From an uncultured delta proteobacterium (GTDB lineage Bacteria; Myxococcota_A; Polyangia; Polyangiales; Polyangiaceae): DNA of 64,000 bases. The stretch's first letter is position 1. The number at the start of each line of letters is the position of its first letter. A program made the position numbers and the translations under genes. The notes under the pieces are model-generated. The model was not told the origin of the DNA and did no database searches. It saw only the letters and a list, made by a program, of their open reading frames with translations. Positions 51,477-62,247 of this stretch are shown here, piece after piece. The stretch spans positions 1 to 64,000 of the forward strand of contig CAVOKF010000006.1 of the NCBI GenBank assembly GCA_963696385.1, written 5' to 3'.

Positions 51477-52110
51477 ATGCCCGTCCGTGACGTCGACCTG
51501 AACGACCTGCCGCCGATGCTGGAGCGCATCCGGGCGGTCGTCTGTGACGACGACTACCACCTCATCGAAGCGCTTGCGACGACCGTGATCGAGACGACCC
51601 GCGAGCTGCGCAAGACCCAGGCCACGCTGACGCGGGTGCGGCGCCTCTTCGGACTCACGGGCAATGAGAAGACCGCTCACATCAAGGCCGACGTGGCCAA
51701 CCCTGCGTCGCAGACGGCCCATCCGGCGGTCGAGCCGCAAGACGCGCCCGCGAGCGATCCCAGCGCCGCCCCCGCGGCCGCGGAGAGTGCGCCGGAGCCA
51801 TCGGCGCCCCCCACGAAAGAAAAGCGCAAGGGTCACGGACGCGTGCCCGCCTCCGCCTATCGCGCGGCGCAGCACGTCACCGTGGATCACGAGTCGCTGC
51901 GGCGGGGAGACTCGTGCCCGCTCTGCACACAAGGCCGTGTCTACGAGCTGGCCGCCCCCGCGACCCTCGTTCGGATCGTCGGGCGGGCTCCGCTGGGGGC
52001 CGCCTGCTTTCACTGCAAGCAGCTTCGCTGCGGCGCCTGCGGCCACGTGTTCACCGCTCGTCCGCCGCCCGAGGCCCAGGGAGAAAAGTGCGACGAGTCC
52101 GCCAGCAGCA
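51477..52110 (+). pseudogene. IS66 TnpC-like transposase 5' fragment
   Basis: RRLFG...EK, KRKGHGR, CPLC...CGACG zinc finger; no DDE part. Confidence 0.8.
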
Positions 52111-52146
52111 CCGCAACCAGAATCCGCATCTGCGGCGTGAGCTGGA

Positions 52147-52560
52147 TCATCGCTCGCGTCTCCAGAAGGCGTGCGCCAATCCGACCACGTCCAACCCGCT
52201 CGCGCCCGTCACCTCCACGCGCAGCCGCTCTCCGCCTCGACCCTCGAGCTCGATCACCGTCCGGCTCGCCCCGTCCGCCGTCCTCGCCGCCGGCATCGCC
52301 ACTTCGATGAACGACGGCGACGTCGTCTCGATCGCCGAGCCCGTCGACGCTTGGCTCATCCGGTCCTTCAGCCCTTGGTAATTCAAACGCGTCGCCCGCG
52401 ACGTCGCCCACACCCCTTCGCGGCGAGCCACCTCGATCGCCGCGTTCCATAGCTCCTGCGGCACCCTCGACCGCTTGCCTCCGCATCCGGCTCGCCACCG
52501 CTCCATCCGCCCGCGCAGACTTTCTAGAGCGCCCGTTGCCCCGATACTCGTTCGATTCAT
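52147..52560 (-). CDS. IS66 TnpA-like accessory protein
   Basis: RVPQELWNAA, FIEV. Overlaps a tnpB-like start (MIQLTPQMRILVAV). Confidence 0.75.
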   Translation of the reverse strand: MNRTSIGATGALESLRGRMERWRAGCGGKRSRVPQELWNAAIEVARREGVWATSRATRLNYQGLKDRMSQASTGSAIETTSPSFIEVAMPAARTADGASRTVIELEGRGGERLRVEVTGASGLDVVGLAHAFWRRER

Positions 52561-52856
52561 CAGGTCTTCCTCCTGACCGCGACGCTGCCCGAGTCACGCG
52601 TCGACTTCACGCACTGTTGCCGAATGCCACCGCCGCCCGCCGCGACCCGCCCCTCTCGCACGCCCCCCGCCAGACCCCCCCCTCCTACTCCCCGCCCCGC
52701 AGCCGTGCCGCAAGGACACGTTCCTTTGACCCGCGGCGGTACAAAACGCGATCAGCTACGCATCGCCATGGGCCGAGCGAGCTATCTTTCCAGAGTTGCG
52801 CTCTCGTTCAAACTGGCCGAATCGCGGTGGGGTAAACACCAGGGCGAAGACGGACT

Positions 52857-53660
52857 CTACGATCGCTCCTGCATTCCCTGCGCCCCAGCAGGGCCGGGAG
52901 GCGAGGGCTCCTCATCAACGATTCCGAGCAGTCTGGCGGCCCTCTTCTTTGCGTCCTCGAGACGGACGAGCAGCGAAGCGCTTTCGTTCGGTGGCAGATA
53001 GTGCCGCACGATGGCCTCGCCCAGATCCAGAAACTCTCCGTCCGCCTCGTCATTGCGGCGCGCCTGCTTCAGCCTGTGCATCCGGGCCAGCAAGGGATGT
53101 TGTCGCGACCAACTCGACGCGAGGAAGAGCATTAAGACGACCCATGTCACGGCGACTCCCGCGAACGACAGCACGACCGCAAAATACCAGCGAACCGACC
53201 GGGCCGTGAGGGCGGTGACAATCGCTCCGGTCGCCATGGCGAGCACGAGGGGCAGGCACCCCAACGGTTCGTGACGCTTGCAGACTTGGCCCACGGCTAA
53301 GTCGAGCTGATTGCAGGCGGCCTCGATGTCGGCCAGGGCGCGGGCGACCTCCCTTAGGCCGGCAAGGTCCGTCCTGCCCCGCGTCCCGGCCATCGGAAGG
53401 CGCGAAGCGGGTCTGAACCTGCGGATTTGAGCCCCGGCCCAGTGTTCCGCCCGAACCTCGACGGCAGGGATGAACCGACCGCAGCTGCGGCACACGAAGT
53501 CGTCGGTTCGCTTGCGGTACCGAAGCGACCTCCGTCCACACGAGAGGCAGGCGGGCGATCTGGCCACGACGCCCCCCGACGTAGCACGGCTATGCGGAGA
53601 CGCGAGAGTCACCCCGTTTCTGCTCTGTCCGCTACGCGATCCGCGCCCAAAGCCGCTCAT
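52857..53660 (-). CDS. Hypothetical membrane protein with CxxC pairs; start uncertain
   Basis: CLSCG...CRSCG, two TM segments. Confidence 0.45.
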   Translation of the reverse strand: MSGFGRGSRSGQSRNGVTLASPHSRATSGGVVARSPACLSCGRRSLRYRKRTDDFVCRSCGRFIPAVEVRAEHWAGAQIRRFRPASRLPMAGTRGRTDLAGLREVARALADIEAACNQLDLAVGQVCKRHEPLGCLPLVLAMATGAIVTALTARSVRWYFAVVLSFAGVAVTWVVLMLFLASSWSRQHPLLARMHRLKQARRNDEADGEFLDLGEAIVRHYLPPNESASLLVRLEDAKKRAARLLGIVDEEPSPPGPAGAQGMQERS

Positions 53661-53868
53661 GCACGAAGTAGCCGATGGTCGTGTAGACGTTGCTGACGAT
53701 CATGAAGCCGAGCGCAACATCGACCTTGTGCGTGAAGATATAGATGGCGAGAAAGTCGAGGCAGACGGTGACGACGCGGTACGCGAAATGAAGTGTCCTC
53801 GCCCTCTCATGACGCTTCGGATATGGCCCGACGGATCCCTTGGCACGGTTGAGGCGGACCCTGATCAA
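53632..53868 (-). pseudogene. DUF2061-like membrane protein remnant
   Basis: AYRV...IGYFVHERLWARI followed by a stop. Confidence 0.6.
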
Positions 53869-53950
53869 GCGTCCCGATCGGCGCTGACGAAGTCGAAGGA
53901 GAGTCCGCGTCGTTGCTGACGCCGGTTTGTGTCATTGTGCTTGCTCTGAA

Positions 53951-54658
53951 GTGCAACGGATAACGTCCACGCACACCAGCCGGGACTTCGAGACCGAGCT
54001 TCGCGAGCTGCGATCCCACCTGCTGGCGATGGGCGCTCGGTGTGAACGAATCGTCGGGCTGGCGTTCGAGGCTTTCCGGCGAGGAGATCCCGAGCCTTCA
54101 GGGACCTTGGAGTGTCTCGACGCCCAGATCGATCGCGATGAGGTTGAGATTCATGCGCTCATCTTGCGGATCCTCGCGCTGAGGCAGCCCGTCGCCGGCG
54201 ATCTGCGCTTCCTGGCGACCGCGCTGCGGCTCATCACGGATCTCGAGCGCATCGGCGACGAGGCGGTCAACATCGGCGAGCGCACCGTGAAGCGGGACGG
54301 CGGTGCGCACCAGCTCGTCGACGGCGAACTCACCTCGATGGCGACCGCCGCGCTGAACATGCTGCATGACGCGCTCGACGCGTTCGTACAGTGGGACGAC
54401 GAGGTCGCCGACCCCGTCCTCGGCTGCGACGATGGAGTCGACCAGGGTTGTGCGACCATCATGTCTGCGATGATCGCGCATATGTCCGAGCACCCGGGCG
54501 AGGTGCTGGCCGGACTGCGCGTGATACGGGTGGCCAAGTACCTGGAGCGCATTGCCGACGATGCGACCAACGTCGCGGAGGAGGTCATTTTCATGGTTCG
54601 AGCGGACGATGTGCGTCACGGGCAGTGGCAATCCTTGGCGGGACCGAGACATCGATGA
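53951..54658 (+). CDS. phoU: Phosphate signalling protein PhoU
   Basis: LALRQPVAGDLR, DLERIGDEAVNI, KYLERIADDATNVAE. Start uncertain. Confidence 0.88.
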   Translation: MQRITSTHTSRDFETELRELRSHLLAMGARCERIVGLAFEAFRRGDPEPSGTLECLDAQIDRDEVEIHALILRILALRQPVAGDLRFLATALRLITDLERIGDEAVNIGERTVKRDGGAHQLVDGELTSMATAALNMLHDALDAFVQWDDEVADPVLGCDDGVDQGCATIMSAMIAHMSEHPGEVLAGLRVIRVAKYLERIADDATNVAEEVIFMVRADDVRHGQWQSLAGPRHR

Positions 54659-55344
54659 TCGGAAACGTCGAGCTGATCGAACGCATCGCCTTGGGCGCCG
54701 CGCTCGGCGGAGTCATCGGCTACGAGCGTGACCGGCATCGTCGGCCCGTGGGCCTGCGCACGCATCTCATTGTCGCGATGGCCGCGGCTACATTTACGGT
54801 CCTGTCGGCACAGTTCGTGTACTGGCAGCACTACGGCAAGGACGACCTCGTCGAAGTCGACACGGAGCGCATTGCGGCGTCCGTGGTTTCGGCGGTCGGA
54901 TTCCTCGCGGGTGGCGCCATCCTGCGCACGGGGATCACGGTGCAAGGCCTCACCACGGCGGCAGGTCTCTGGCTGGTCACCGCCATCGGCATGTGCGCGG
55001 GCGCGGGCATGTTTGTCGTGAGTATCGCCGTCACTGCGATGGGCATTGTGGCGCTTACGGTCCTTCGGCGGTTCGAAGACAAGGACGATCACTTGATGCG
55101 AAGGCGTGTGTCGGTGGTCCTGGGAGAGGACCAGCCGGGCATCGGTCGCGTCGTATCCGTGCTCACGGAGTTGGGTGCGACGGTCTCTGAAGTCGAATAC
55201 GAGCGTCGGCTCGACGACGGAAAAAAGCGCATCGTCGCGACGTTCGACGTGCAGTTTGCCGATACGCTGGGGGTGGCCAGAATCATCGAGGGGGTCGAAT
55301 CGGTCTCCGGCGTTCGGCGCGTGCGCGTCGCGCACCCTCTGTAA
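54655..55344 (+). CDS. MgtC/SapB-family membrane protein
   Basis: IGYER, GLRTH, GFLAGGAI, GLTTAAGLW. Confidence 0.92.
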   Translation: MIGNVELIERIALGAALGGVIGYERDRHRRPVGLRTHLIVAMAAATFTVLSAQFVYWQHYGKDDLVEVDTERIAASVVSAVGFLAGGAILRTGITVQGLTTAAGLWLVTAIGMCAGAGMFVVSIAVTAMGIVALTVLRRFEDKDDHLMRRRVSVVLGEDQPGIGRVVSVLTELGATVSEVEYERRLDDGKKRIVATFDVQFADTLGVARIIEGVESVSGVRRVRVAHPL

Positions 55345-55529
55345 GGTGCACCTCTTGTTCGGTTCGCAGATCGGGAATCTTCGTGGCGCCGGAGCTCGCA
55401 TCGTAAACCCACGCCCGCCCTGACATCGAGTGCACCTATCTCCGCTCACAGCTCGACCGCTTGGCCAAACCCGATCTCAGCCAAGGGCTATCGATTGACG
55501 CTCGCCGTGGGGGCTGGCAGCGTTTCGCG

Positions 55530-55934
55530 ATGAGCAAACGGCTGACCAAGGGCGCTCATCTGCTCGATGCGCCGACCATTAGGCGAGTCGTGAAGTCAGG
55601 TTAGATGGGGATCTACCACCTGGGGTATTTTCAGCCTGGCGATGGCTTGGACATAAGGGTTCTCCGTGTTGGACGCTCAGACGGAGACCTTCAAGCGCGC
55701 CTGCTCCAGCACGCGCAGAGCCAGCTCGGCGCGTGGGACGCGCGTGGATGCAGCTACTTCTTCTTCGACTACGTCGATAGCGTCCAGAAAGCGTTCATCG
55801 GAGAGTGCGAGCTCTACCACAGCAACGGGAACCCACCGCGCAACAACGACCCCAAGCAGCACCCGCTCCAACCGCAGGGCGTAGCAAGGAAAGTGCTGTG
55901 CCCAGAACGAAATCGTCCGCACTCGAAGCCATAG
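55530..55934 (+). pseudogene. Small GIY-YIG-like protein with in-frame TAG at 55602
   Basis: MSKRL...KSG*MGIYHLG...VGRS...RLLQH...ECELYH. Confidence 0.5.
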
Positions 55935-56169
55935 AAGCATGATAAAAGGGTCGCGGGGGCCCGCCGTGCCAACTATTTTTCGGGATCCGCGTTCTCGCTC
56001 AAACTGATCAAAGGTGAACCGAGCACCGGCGCACGGACCTTGTGAGGGTGAACCGGGCGTCCGATTCGATTCGTCGCCGGGCCGCGGGCAGGCGAGGTAC
56101 GGTGGCCATGCCCGCTGGGTCTGTGGCTGCCCCCCCGGCCCGGTCTGGCGGGCATTATTCGCATTCTGG

Positions 56170-56401
56170 TGGCCGGCCGCTGAAGCGTCAGCTCGCTCTC
56201 CTCGATCTGCTCGCGCGGACCTCGCGAGCGGGAGCCCAATCCGTCATCGCCACGCACTCGCCCATCCTGCTCGCGTGCCCTGGGGCACGGATTTTCAGCT
56301 TCGATCAGATCCCGATCTCCCGGGTCGGTTACGGGGACCTCGAGCACGTCGTCATTACCCGGGACTTCCTCAACGACCCCGGACGGTTCATCAGGAGATA
56401 G
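56170..56401 (+). pseudogene. ABC/AAA ATPase C-terminal fragment
   Basis: RQLALL...IATHSPILLACPGARI. Confidence 0.65.
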
Positions 56402-56748
56402 CCAGGACTTCGCCGTCAGGTGCGCGGGCGCCGCCGCCCCTGCGAACGCCCTTTCGGTGACGGACTGGATCGTGAGCGCTGACGTGTCCGGGGTCGAAGA
56501 CGTAGCCAATCGGCCAATTCGTGGCGAGGAATTTTCAGCCCTCGGGCTCGCGCGAGACCTTGCAGCTCTATTCCCATGAACATGAAGGCGAGCAGCAGCG
56601 CCTGAACCCCGAGCGGCTTCCCTCGTCCGTCCGTAATTCACAAGCGCAACGATAGCCGCCAGCCTCGAGTTGCTCAGGAAAGCGAAACCGAGCCTCGACG
56701 CGGACGCTGGAGCCGTCGAGGGTCGCTGAGAAGCGCCTCGTCAGACTA

Positions 56749-56842
56749 GTACCCCGATTCCATGAAACGGAGGGGTGAGACCACCCGATCCCGTCGGGAA
56801 TATCGCGGAAAACGACCCTTCCATTCCGCGGAATCGAGGTAC
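56749..56842 (-). mobile_element. 94-bp MITE
   Basis: Reverse complement of 48511-48604, CTAG at both ends. Confidence 0.92.
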
Positions 56843-56849
56843 TAGTAGT

Positions 56850-57150
56850 CGACATAGCAATCGGCCCTAAGTTTCGTATACTATACCGACGCCGCTAGGG
56901 GGACCGTGTCAAGCGTCCCCACGAATGGCTCGGCGGCCCCCACCATGATTGCATCCGCATCGGCTCCGCTTGGGCTCGTGGCCGACGGGAACTACGTCTA
57001 TTGGATCAATGGCTCGGGCACGAGCATCATGAAGGTGCCACTCGCTGGCGGTGCCGTGACGACACTCGCAACCGGCCAGAGCGCCACCGCAATCGCTCAG
57101 GATGGGTCGTCGCTGTATTGGACCAACGCCTCCGCGATCATGCGGATTCC
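56850..57150 (+). pseudogene. Fragment of a secreted beta-propeller repeat protein
   Basis: ADGNYVYWIN...KVPLAGGAVTTLA...DGSSLYWTN. Confidence 0.6.
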
Positions 57151-57154
57151 GAGG

Positions 57155-58176
57155 ACCGGAACCTGCTGGCCGATGCCCTGGTGAGGCCGAGCCGGGTTGA
57201 AGTAGCTCAGGGCATACTCGGCGAGGACATACCGCAGGTGCCGCTCCGACAGGATGATCACGTGGTCGAGGCACTCGCGGCGGACGCTACCCAAGAAGCG
57301 TTCGCACACCGCATTCATCAGGGGCGCCCGGACCGCGGTGTGCAGGACGCGCGTCCCGACGCCCGCGGCGACGCGGTCGAAGACGGCTCCGAACTTGTCG
57401 TCGCGATCGCGGATGATGAACTGCGGCGCGTGCCCGAAGGGCGTCGCGTTGCGAATCTGCTGCGCAGTCCACGCTTGCGTGGGAGCGCGCGTCACCGACA
57501 CCTGCACGACGCGCTTGGCGTTCACGTCCACGATGAAGAAGGCGTAGATGGGACGGAACCAGATGTCGTAGGTCTGCAGGAAGTCGCACGCCCAAACGGT
57601 GTGGTTTCGCAGGAAGGTCCGCCAGCGTTGTCCGGGGCGAGGCGCGACGGGCCCCGCGCCGCCTCGCATATACCGTTGAACTGTGCGCTTCGCGATGCGG
57701 ACGCCGAGCTTCAAGGGCTCGCCTCGAATCCGCTCGGCTCCCCAGGGCCGGTTGTCGGTCGCCATGCGGTGGATGAGGGCGACAACCTCCGGCGCGACGC
57801 GCCGTTCGCGTGGACCGTGCTGGCGGGATGCCCGCCGCCAGAACACTCGGAATCCTTCCCGGTGCCATCGCAGGACCGTCTCGGGCTTGACCAGGAGCAT
57901 GGCCTGGCGCCACCCGCGATAGAGGCTCGCGAGCAGCACGAGCAGGCCTCGCTCGTGGACGCGAAAGGCCGGGCGTTTGACGGCGCGCGAGGCGACGATG
58001 AGCTGCTGCCGAAGGAGCGCGTTCTCGGCGATGAGCTCGGCGCGGGAGCGGGTCAGGTCGGCGATGAATCCGCTCGCGACGCCCGAAGGACGGCACGCGT
58101 GGCGGAGCGCCCTCATCGCCCGGGCTGCCAGATCGGCGAGCGTGGCCGCAAGCCGGGAGACGGGGACGCGGAGCAC
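57155..58176 (-). CDS. rve integrase-core (DDE) transposase, probably 3'-truncated
   Basis: WGAERIRGE, ACDF, IRDRDDKF, NAVCERFLGSVRRECLD, RPHQG. Confidence 0.88.
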
Positions 58177-58270
58177 GGCGCGATCCGAGCCGATCCGAGG
58201 GCGATCATCAAGGCTTGTTCGCCACCGACTCCTGAGCGATCGTGCGGCGGAGGAGGGAAGTAGCCAACAC

Positions 58271-58617
58271 GGGGCGTTGGACACGCTCAAAGCAAGGTCC
58301 TTGAGCGTCGGCGCGCGTTCGCGATCGCCGACGGGAATACCGACAGCGATTTTTTCGGCTCCGTGAAACCGGCATGCCATCGGTGTATTCCGAGCACGGG
58401 CGCGTGAGCCAAGTTCCCCGCTTTTAAAGAGCAGATCGCGTGCCGAAGCGTTGTCGCTGCGGCTCCGTCCAAGTGGACGATTGAGCAACTGCGCCGATAC
58501 GCCTCGACGCTCATCGCACGCGTCACGGGCGCAGTCGCACAATCGCCTATTATTTATGTGACTGCGGCGGTTTCCCGGTCTCTTCGTTGGCCGATACGCT
58601 TTGGAGCGACTATTCGC
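58271..58617 (-). repeat. Long R variant with ~88 extra bp
   Basis: Left 62 nt match 43690; the extension matches 48246-48440. Confidence 0.88.
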
Positions 58618-58903
58618 TTTCGATCGAACGGATGCGGTTTCACACCCATTACTTTTATCACGATTGCGTCCATGGCAACCCATGTGTCGGTCGGTCGGGG
58701 GGCTCGCGCTACATCGTTCAAGCGTCATGAGGGGACGATCGCGCAAGCCGAGGAGTTTTCGAACTGCGTCAGGAAGGGGGAGTCAGGCGCCCGACGTGTG
58801 CCAACCGCGACATTTCAATCGTGGGATTTGCACGTAAGGTCAGTTCCCGTCTTGCGAGAGCCACAATGGGCGCGCCTGGTCCGCGGCTTGCTGGTCGTCG
58901 GTT

Positions 58904-59674
58904 GTGCTTTCACGCCAAGCGCTCATCGCCTCCGTGCTGCTTGTCGCGCTCACCGCGTCCTGCGGCAGCTCCCCGGCCGGGCCTGACATGATGGACGCGG
59001 GCCCTGGTGACGCGACCAGCAGCGCAGCCGACGACGCCCACGGCGGAACCACAGAGGGCGGTGATACGAGCGTGGGCTCGACAGAATCCGACGGCGAATC
59101 GGGGACCGACGGTGCGCCGTACGACGCCTCACCGGCCGACGCGGAAAAGGGAGACGCTCGGGCACCGGCCGACGGCGGAGAAGACGCACCGCCGAACGCC
59201 GTCGTGGACGGCGGAGTGGCGTGCGGTCCCAAGCGGTGCGATCCCGGCCTCGACTGCTGCGATCCAAGCTGCGGCCTCTGCGCATTGAGCACCGTCTGCG
59301 CGGAGATGGGGGTCTGCGCTCCCCCGGCGGACGCGCAGCCGCCGAACACGTGCGGATCGCAGACCTGCTCGCAGCGGCAGGTATGTGTCTATTCGGTTCT
59401 CGGCGGTACCCCGGCCCAGTGCACGCCACTCAACGACGCGGACTCGTGTGCGTCTGGAACCTCGTATACGCCGACGTGTCCGAACCTGAACGACCGTCCG
59501 GGCTGTATCGGGCCTTCGCCATCGCCGCAGCCTCTGGGGTGCATCGACATTCCGGCGTCCTGCGGCACGGTCCTTCAATGCGCGTGTTTTCCACCCGGCG
59601 TGTGCGCCGACGCGGGTGGCACCGCGACATGCGCCATCGTCAACTCCCTATCACTCACGTGCGCCACCGAGTGA
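58904..59674 (+). CDS. Cys-rich lipoprotein
   Basis: TASC lipobox, DAG/DGG linkers, many Cys. Confidence 0.8.
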   Translation: MLSRQALIASVLLVALTASCGSSPAGPDMMDAGPGDATSSAADDAHGGTTEGGDTSVGSTESDGESGTDGAPYDASPADAEKGDARAPADGGEDAPPNAVVDGGVACGPKRCDPGLDCCDPSCGLCALSTVCAEMGVCAPPADAQPPNTCGSQTCSQRQVCVYSVLGGTPAQCTPLNDADSCASGTSYTPTCPNLNDRPGCIGPSPSPQPLGCIDIPASCGTVLQCACFPPGVCADAGGTATCAIVNSLSLTCATE

Positions 59675-59871
59675 ACGGAAGGAACCGCGGGGTCGAGCTC
59701 GTGGAGCTGGCGCGGCACCGCTCGCGCGCTGGTTCGGTGGCGCGCATGCCGGTCGTTGGTGGCTGGTCCTCCAAGTCTTGCCGATTCGCAAGGCAAGCTG
59801 ACTGCAAACTTTGGCATCAACTGGGGCCCCGCGCGCCACCGTGCGCTCACGTGCGGCGTGCGCTAGCGCTA

Positions 59872-59965
59872 GTACCCCGATTCCATGAAACGGAGGGGTG
59901 AGACCACCCGATCCCGTCGGGAATATCGCGGAAAACGACCCTTCCATTCCGCGGAATCGAGGTAC
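59872..59965 (-). mobile_element. 94-bp MITE
   Basis: Same as 56749-56842, CTAG at both ends. Confidence 0.92.
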
Positions 59966-60043
59966 TAGCCCCGATCTGACATTCGTAGCGAAAAGGTTGT
60001 GAGACAGGAAATCGCCTGTTTGTTCGTGTTTGTCTCGCGTTGT

Positions 60044-60150
60044 AAGCACGTCGGTCGACGAAGAGCCCGCGGAGGCGGGCGCGGAAACATATCGCGTCTT
60101 ATATCGCGTCTTAGGAGCGTCCGTTGCCACTGAAAGTACCGTCCAATTGG
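60044..60150 (+). repeat. R repeat lacking its left tip, with an internal 12-bp duplication
   Basis: AAGCACGTCGGTCGACGAAGAGCCCGCGGAGG...(TATCGCGTCTTA)x2...CCAATTGG. Confidence 0.85.
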
Positions 60151-60301
60151 AGCTGCCGCGCTCGGCGCTATTTGCATCAAGCGACACGGTGGCCGATCCG
60201 CTGGCGCTCGGGAAGTGGCTGAAGATCAAGGCCTAGGTTGATCCCGGGCCAGCCAGGGCTCGGGTGGGCCGCGCCGCGCGCAGGACTGGAGGTCCGCAGG
60301 G

Positions 60302-62179
60302 TCACCCGTTGCGCCGCCGCTCAAGTGCCGAAATGTCGCGCACGGCACCGCACGAGGCGCTCGTCGTCATTAGCGCGTACGCCTTGAGCGCGGTCGATAC
60401 GTGGCGATCGCGGTTGGGTCGCCACGCGTCCAGACCGCGGGCGTCCATGCGTCCACGTCGAGCCTCAAGGTCGGATGGGCCAAGGAGAAGTTCGATGCGT
60501 CGAGACGGGATGTCGATTCGAATGCGATCGCCATCTTCGATCAAGGCGATCGCCCCGCCTTCCGCGGCTTCGGGCGACACGTGTCCGATGCTGAGACCCG
60601 AGGTCCCGCCGCTGAAGCGGCCGTCCGTGATGAGGGCGCAGACTTGCCCGAGGCCTTTGCCCTTGAGAAATGAGGTGGGATAGAGCATTTCCTGCATGCC
60701 CGGTCCGCCGCGCGGGCCCTCGTAGGCGATGACGACGACGTCGCCGGGGGCGATTCGATCGGCCAGGATGGCTTCGCACGCAGCCTCTTGCGAATGGAAG
60801 ACCCGCGCGCGGCCGTCGAAGCAGAGGCAAGACGGGTCGACGCCCGCGGTCTTTACGATGCATCCATCTTCGGCGATGTTGCCCTGCAGGACGGCAAGGC
60901 CGCCGTCGCGCGCGTAGGCGTGTTCGGAGTCGCGGATGCAGCCCTTTGCGGGGTCGTCGTCGGTCGATTCGAAGTAGGTGTCTTGGGAGAACGCGTCGCG
61001 TGTACGGACCCCGGCGGGCGCCGCGAGCGCCCGTTGGCGCGCGCGAGTCGCGGCCGTGGGCCGCCGAATGTCGTTTGCGTCGATTGCCTCGCCGATCGTG
61101 GTGGCGTGGACGGTGAGCGCGCTGCGGTGGATGAGACTCATGCGATCGAGTTCACCGAGGATGGTGAAGATACCGCCCGCGCGATGCACGTCCTCCACAT
61201 GGTAGTTGGAGGACGGGGCGACCTTGCACAGGTTCGGGACCTTTCGCGAGAGTCGATCGATGTCGGCCATGCCGAAGGCAACGCCCGCCTCATGAGCCAT
61301 GGCGAGCACGTGCAGTACCGTGTTCGTGGATCCGCCCATGGCAATGTCCAGAGCCATCGCGTTCTCGAACGCCTCGAACGTCGCGATGCTGCGAGGAAGC
61401 ACGGAGCGGTCGCCGCCGACGTAGTATCGCTGGGTCATTTCGACGAGCTGGCGCGACGCGTTGTCGAACAGCTCGCGACGCATGATGTGGGTGGCCAGGA
61501 GCGTACCGTTTCCGGGCAGCGCGAGTCCGATGGCCTCGTTCAAGCAGTTCATGCTGTTGGCGGTGAACATGCCCGAGCAGGATCCGCAGGTCGGGCAAGC
61601 CGCGGCTTCGATACGGGCGAGCTCCTCGTTGGCCACGCGCGCGTCACTCGAGGCGATCATCGAGTCGATGAGGTCGAGCTTGCGCGCGATGGGCTGTCCG
61701 TCGCGGCCTCGCGTTCCGACCAGGCGGCCGGCTTCCATGGGCCCCCCGGAAACGAAGATGGTGGGAATGTTCAGGCGCAGGGCCGCCAGGAGCATCCCCG
61801 GCGTAATCTTGTCGCAGTTCGAGATGCAGAAGAGCGCGTCGGCGCAGTGCGCGTTGACCATCGTCTCGACCGAGTCGGCGATGAGCTCGCGGCTCGGCAG
61901 CGAGTAGAGCATCCCGCCGTGCCCCATGGCGATGCCGTCGTCCACGGCAATCGTGTTGAACTCGACGCCCCAGCCTCCCGCCGCATCGATGCTCTTTTTC
62001 ACCTGCTGGCCGACGTTGTGCAAATGGACGTGCCCCGGAACGAATTGCGTGAAGCTGTTGGCGATGGCGACGATCGGCTTTTCGAAGTCGCCGTCGGTCA
62101 TACCCGTGGCGCGCCAGAGGGCGCGCGCGCCGGCCATGTTGCGGCCCGAGGTGGCTGTACGACTGCGGTAAAGAGGCAT
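60302..62179 (-). CDS. ilvD: Dihydroxy-acid dehydratase
   Basis: [57 protein letters not shown]. Confidence 0.97.
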   Translation of the reverse strand: MPLYRSRTATSGRNMAGARALWRATGMTDGDFEKPIVAIANSFTQFVPGHVHLHNVGQQVKKSIDAAGGWGVEFNTIAVDDGIAMGHGGMLYSLPSRELIADSVETMVNAHCADALFCISNCDKITPGMLLAALRLNIPTIFVSGGPMEAGRLVGTRGRDGQPIARKLDLIDSMIASSDARVANEELARIEAAACPTCGSCSGMFTANSMNCLNEAIGLALPGNGTLLATHIMRRELFDNASRQLVEMTQRYYVGGDRSVLPRSIATFEAFENAMALDIAMGGSTNTVLHVLAMAHEAGVAFGMADIDRLSRKVPNLCKVAPSSNYHVEDVHRAGGIFTILGELDRMSLIHRSALTVHATTIGEAIDANDIRRPTAATRARQRALAAPAGVRTRDAFSQDTYFESTDDDPAKGCIRDSEHAYARDGGLAVLQGNIAEDGCIVKTAGVDPSCLCFDGRARVFHSQEAACEAILADRIAPGDVVVIAYEGPRGGPGMQEMLYPTSFLKGKGLGQVCALITDGRFSGGTSGLSIGHVSPEAAEGGAIALIEDGDRIRIDIPSRRIELLLGPSDLEARRGRMDARGLDAWRPNRDRHVSTALKAYALMTTSASCGAVRDISALERRRNG

Positions 62180-62247
62180 GGCGGCAGGCACCGTAGTGGA
62201 GGATTTGGTGACGTTCTAGGCGAGCGGTCCGAAGCTGAGTCGTATCG

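Larger units (their letters stand above)
50442..52719. mobile_element. IS66-related element carrying DUF4338, internally deleted
   Basis: IR GTGTCCTTGCGG / CCGCAAGGACAC. tnpC-like (+) and tnpB-like (-) fragments are fused near 52110. Confidence 0.85.
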
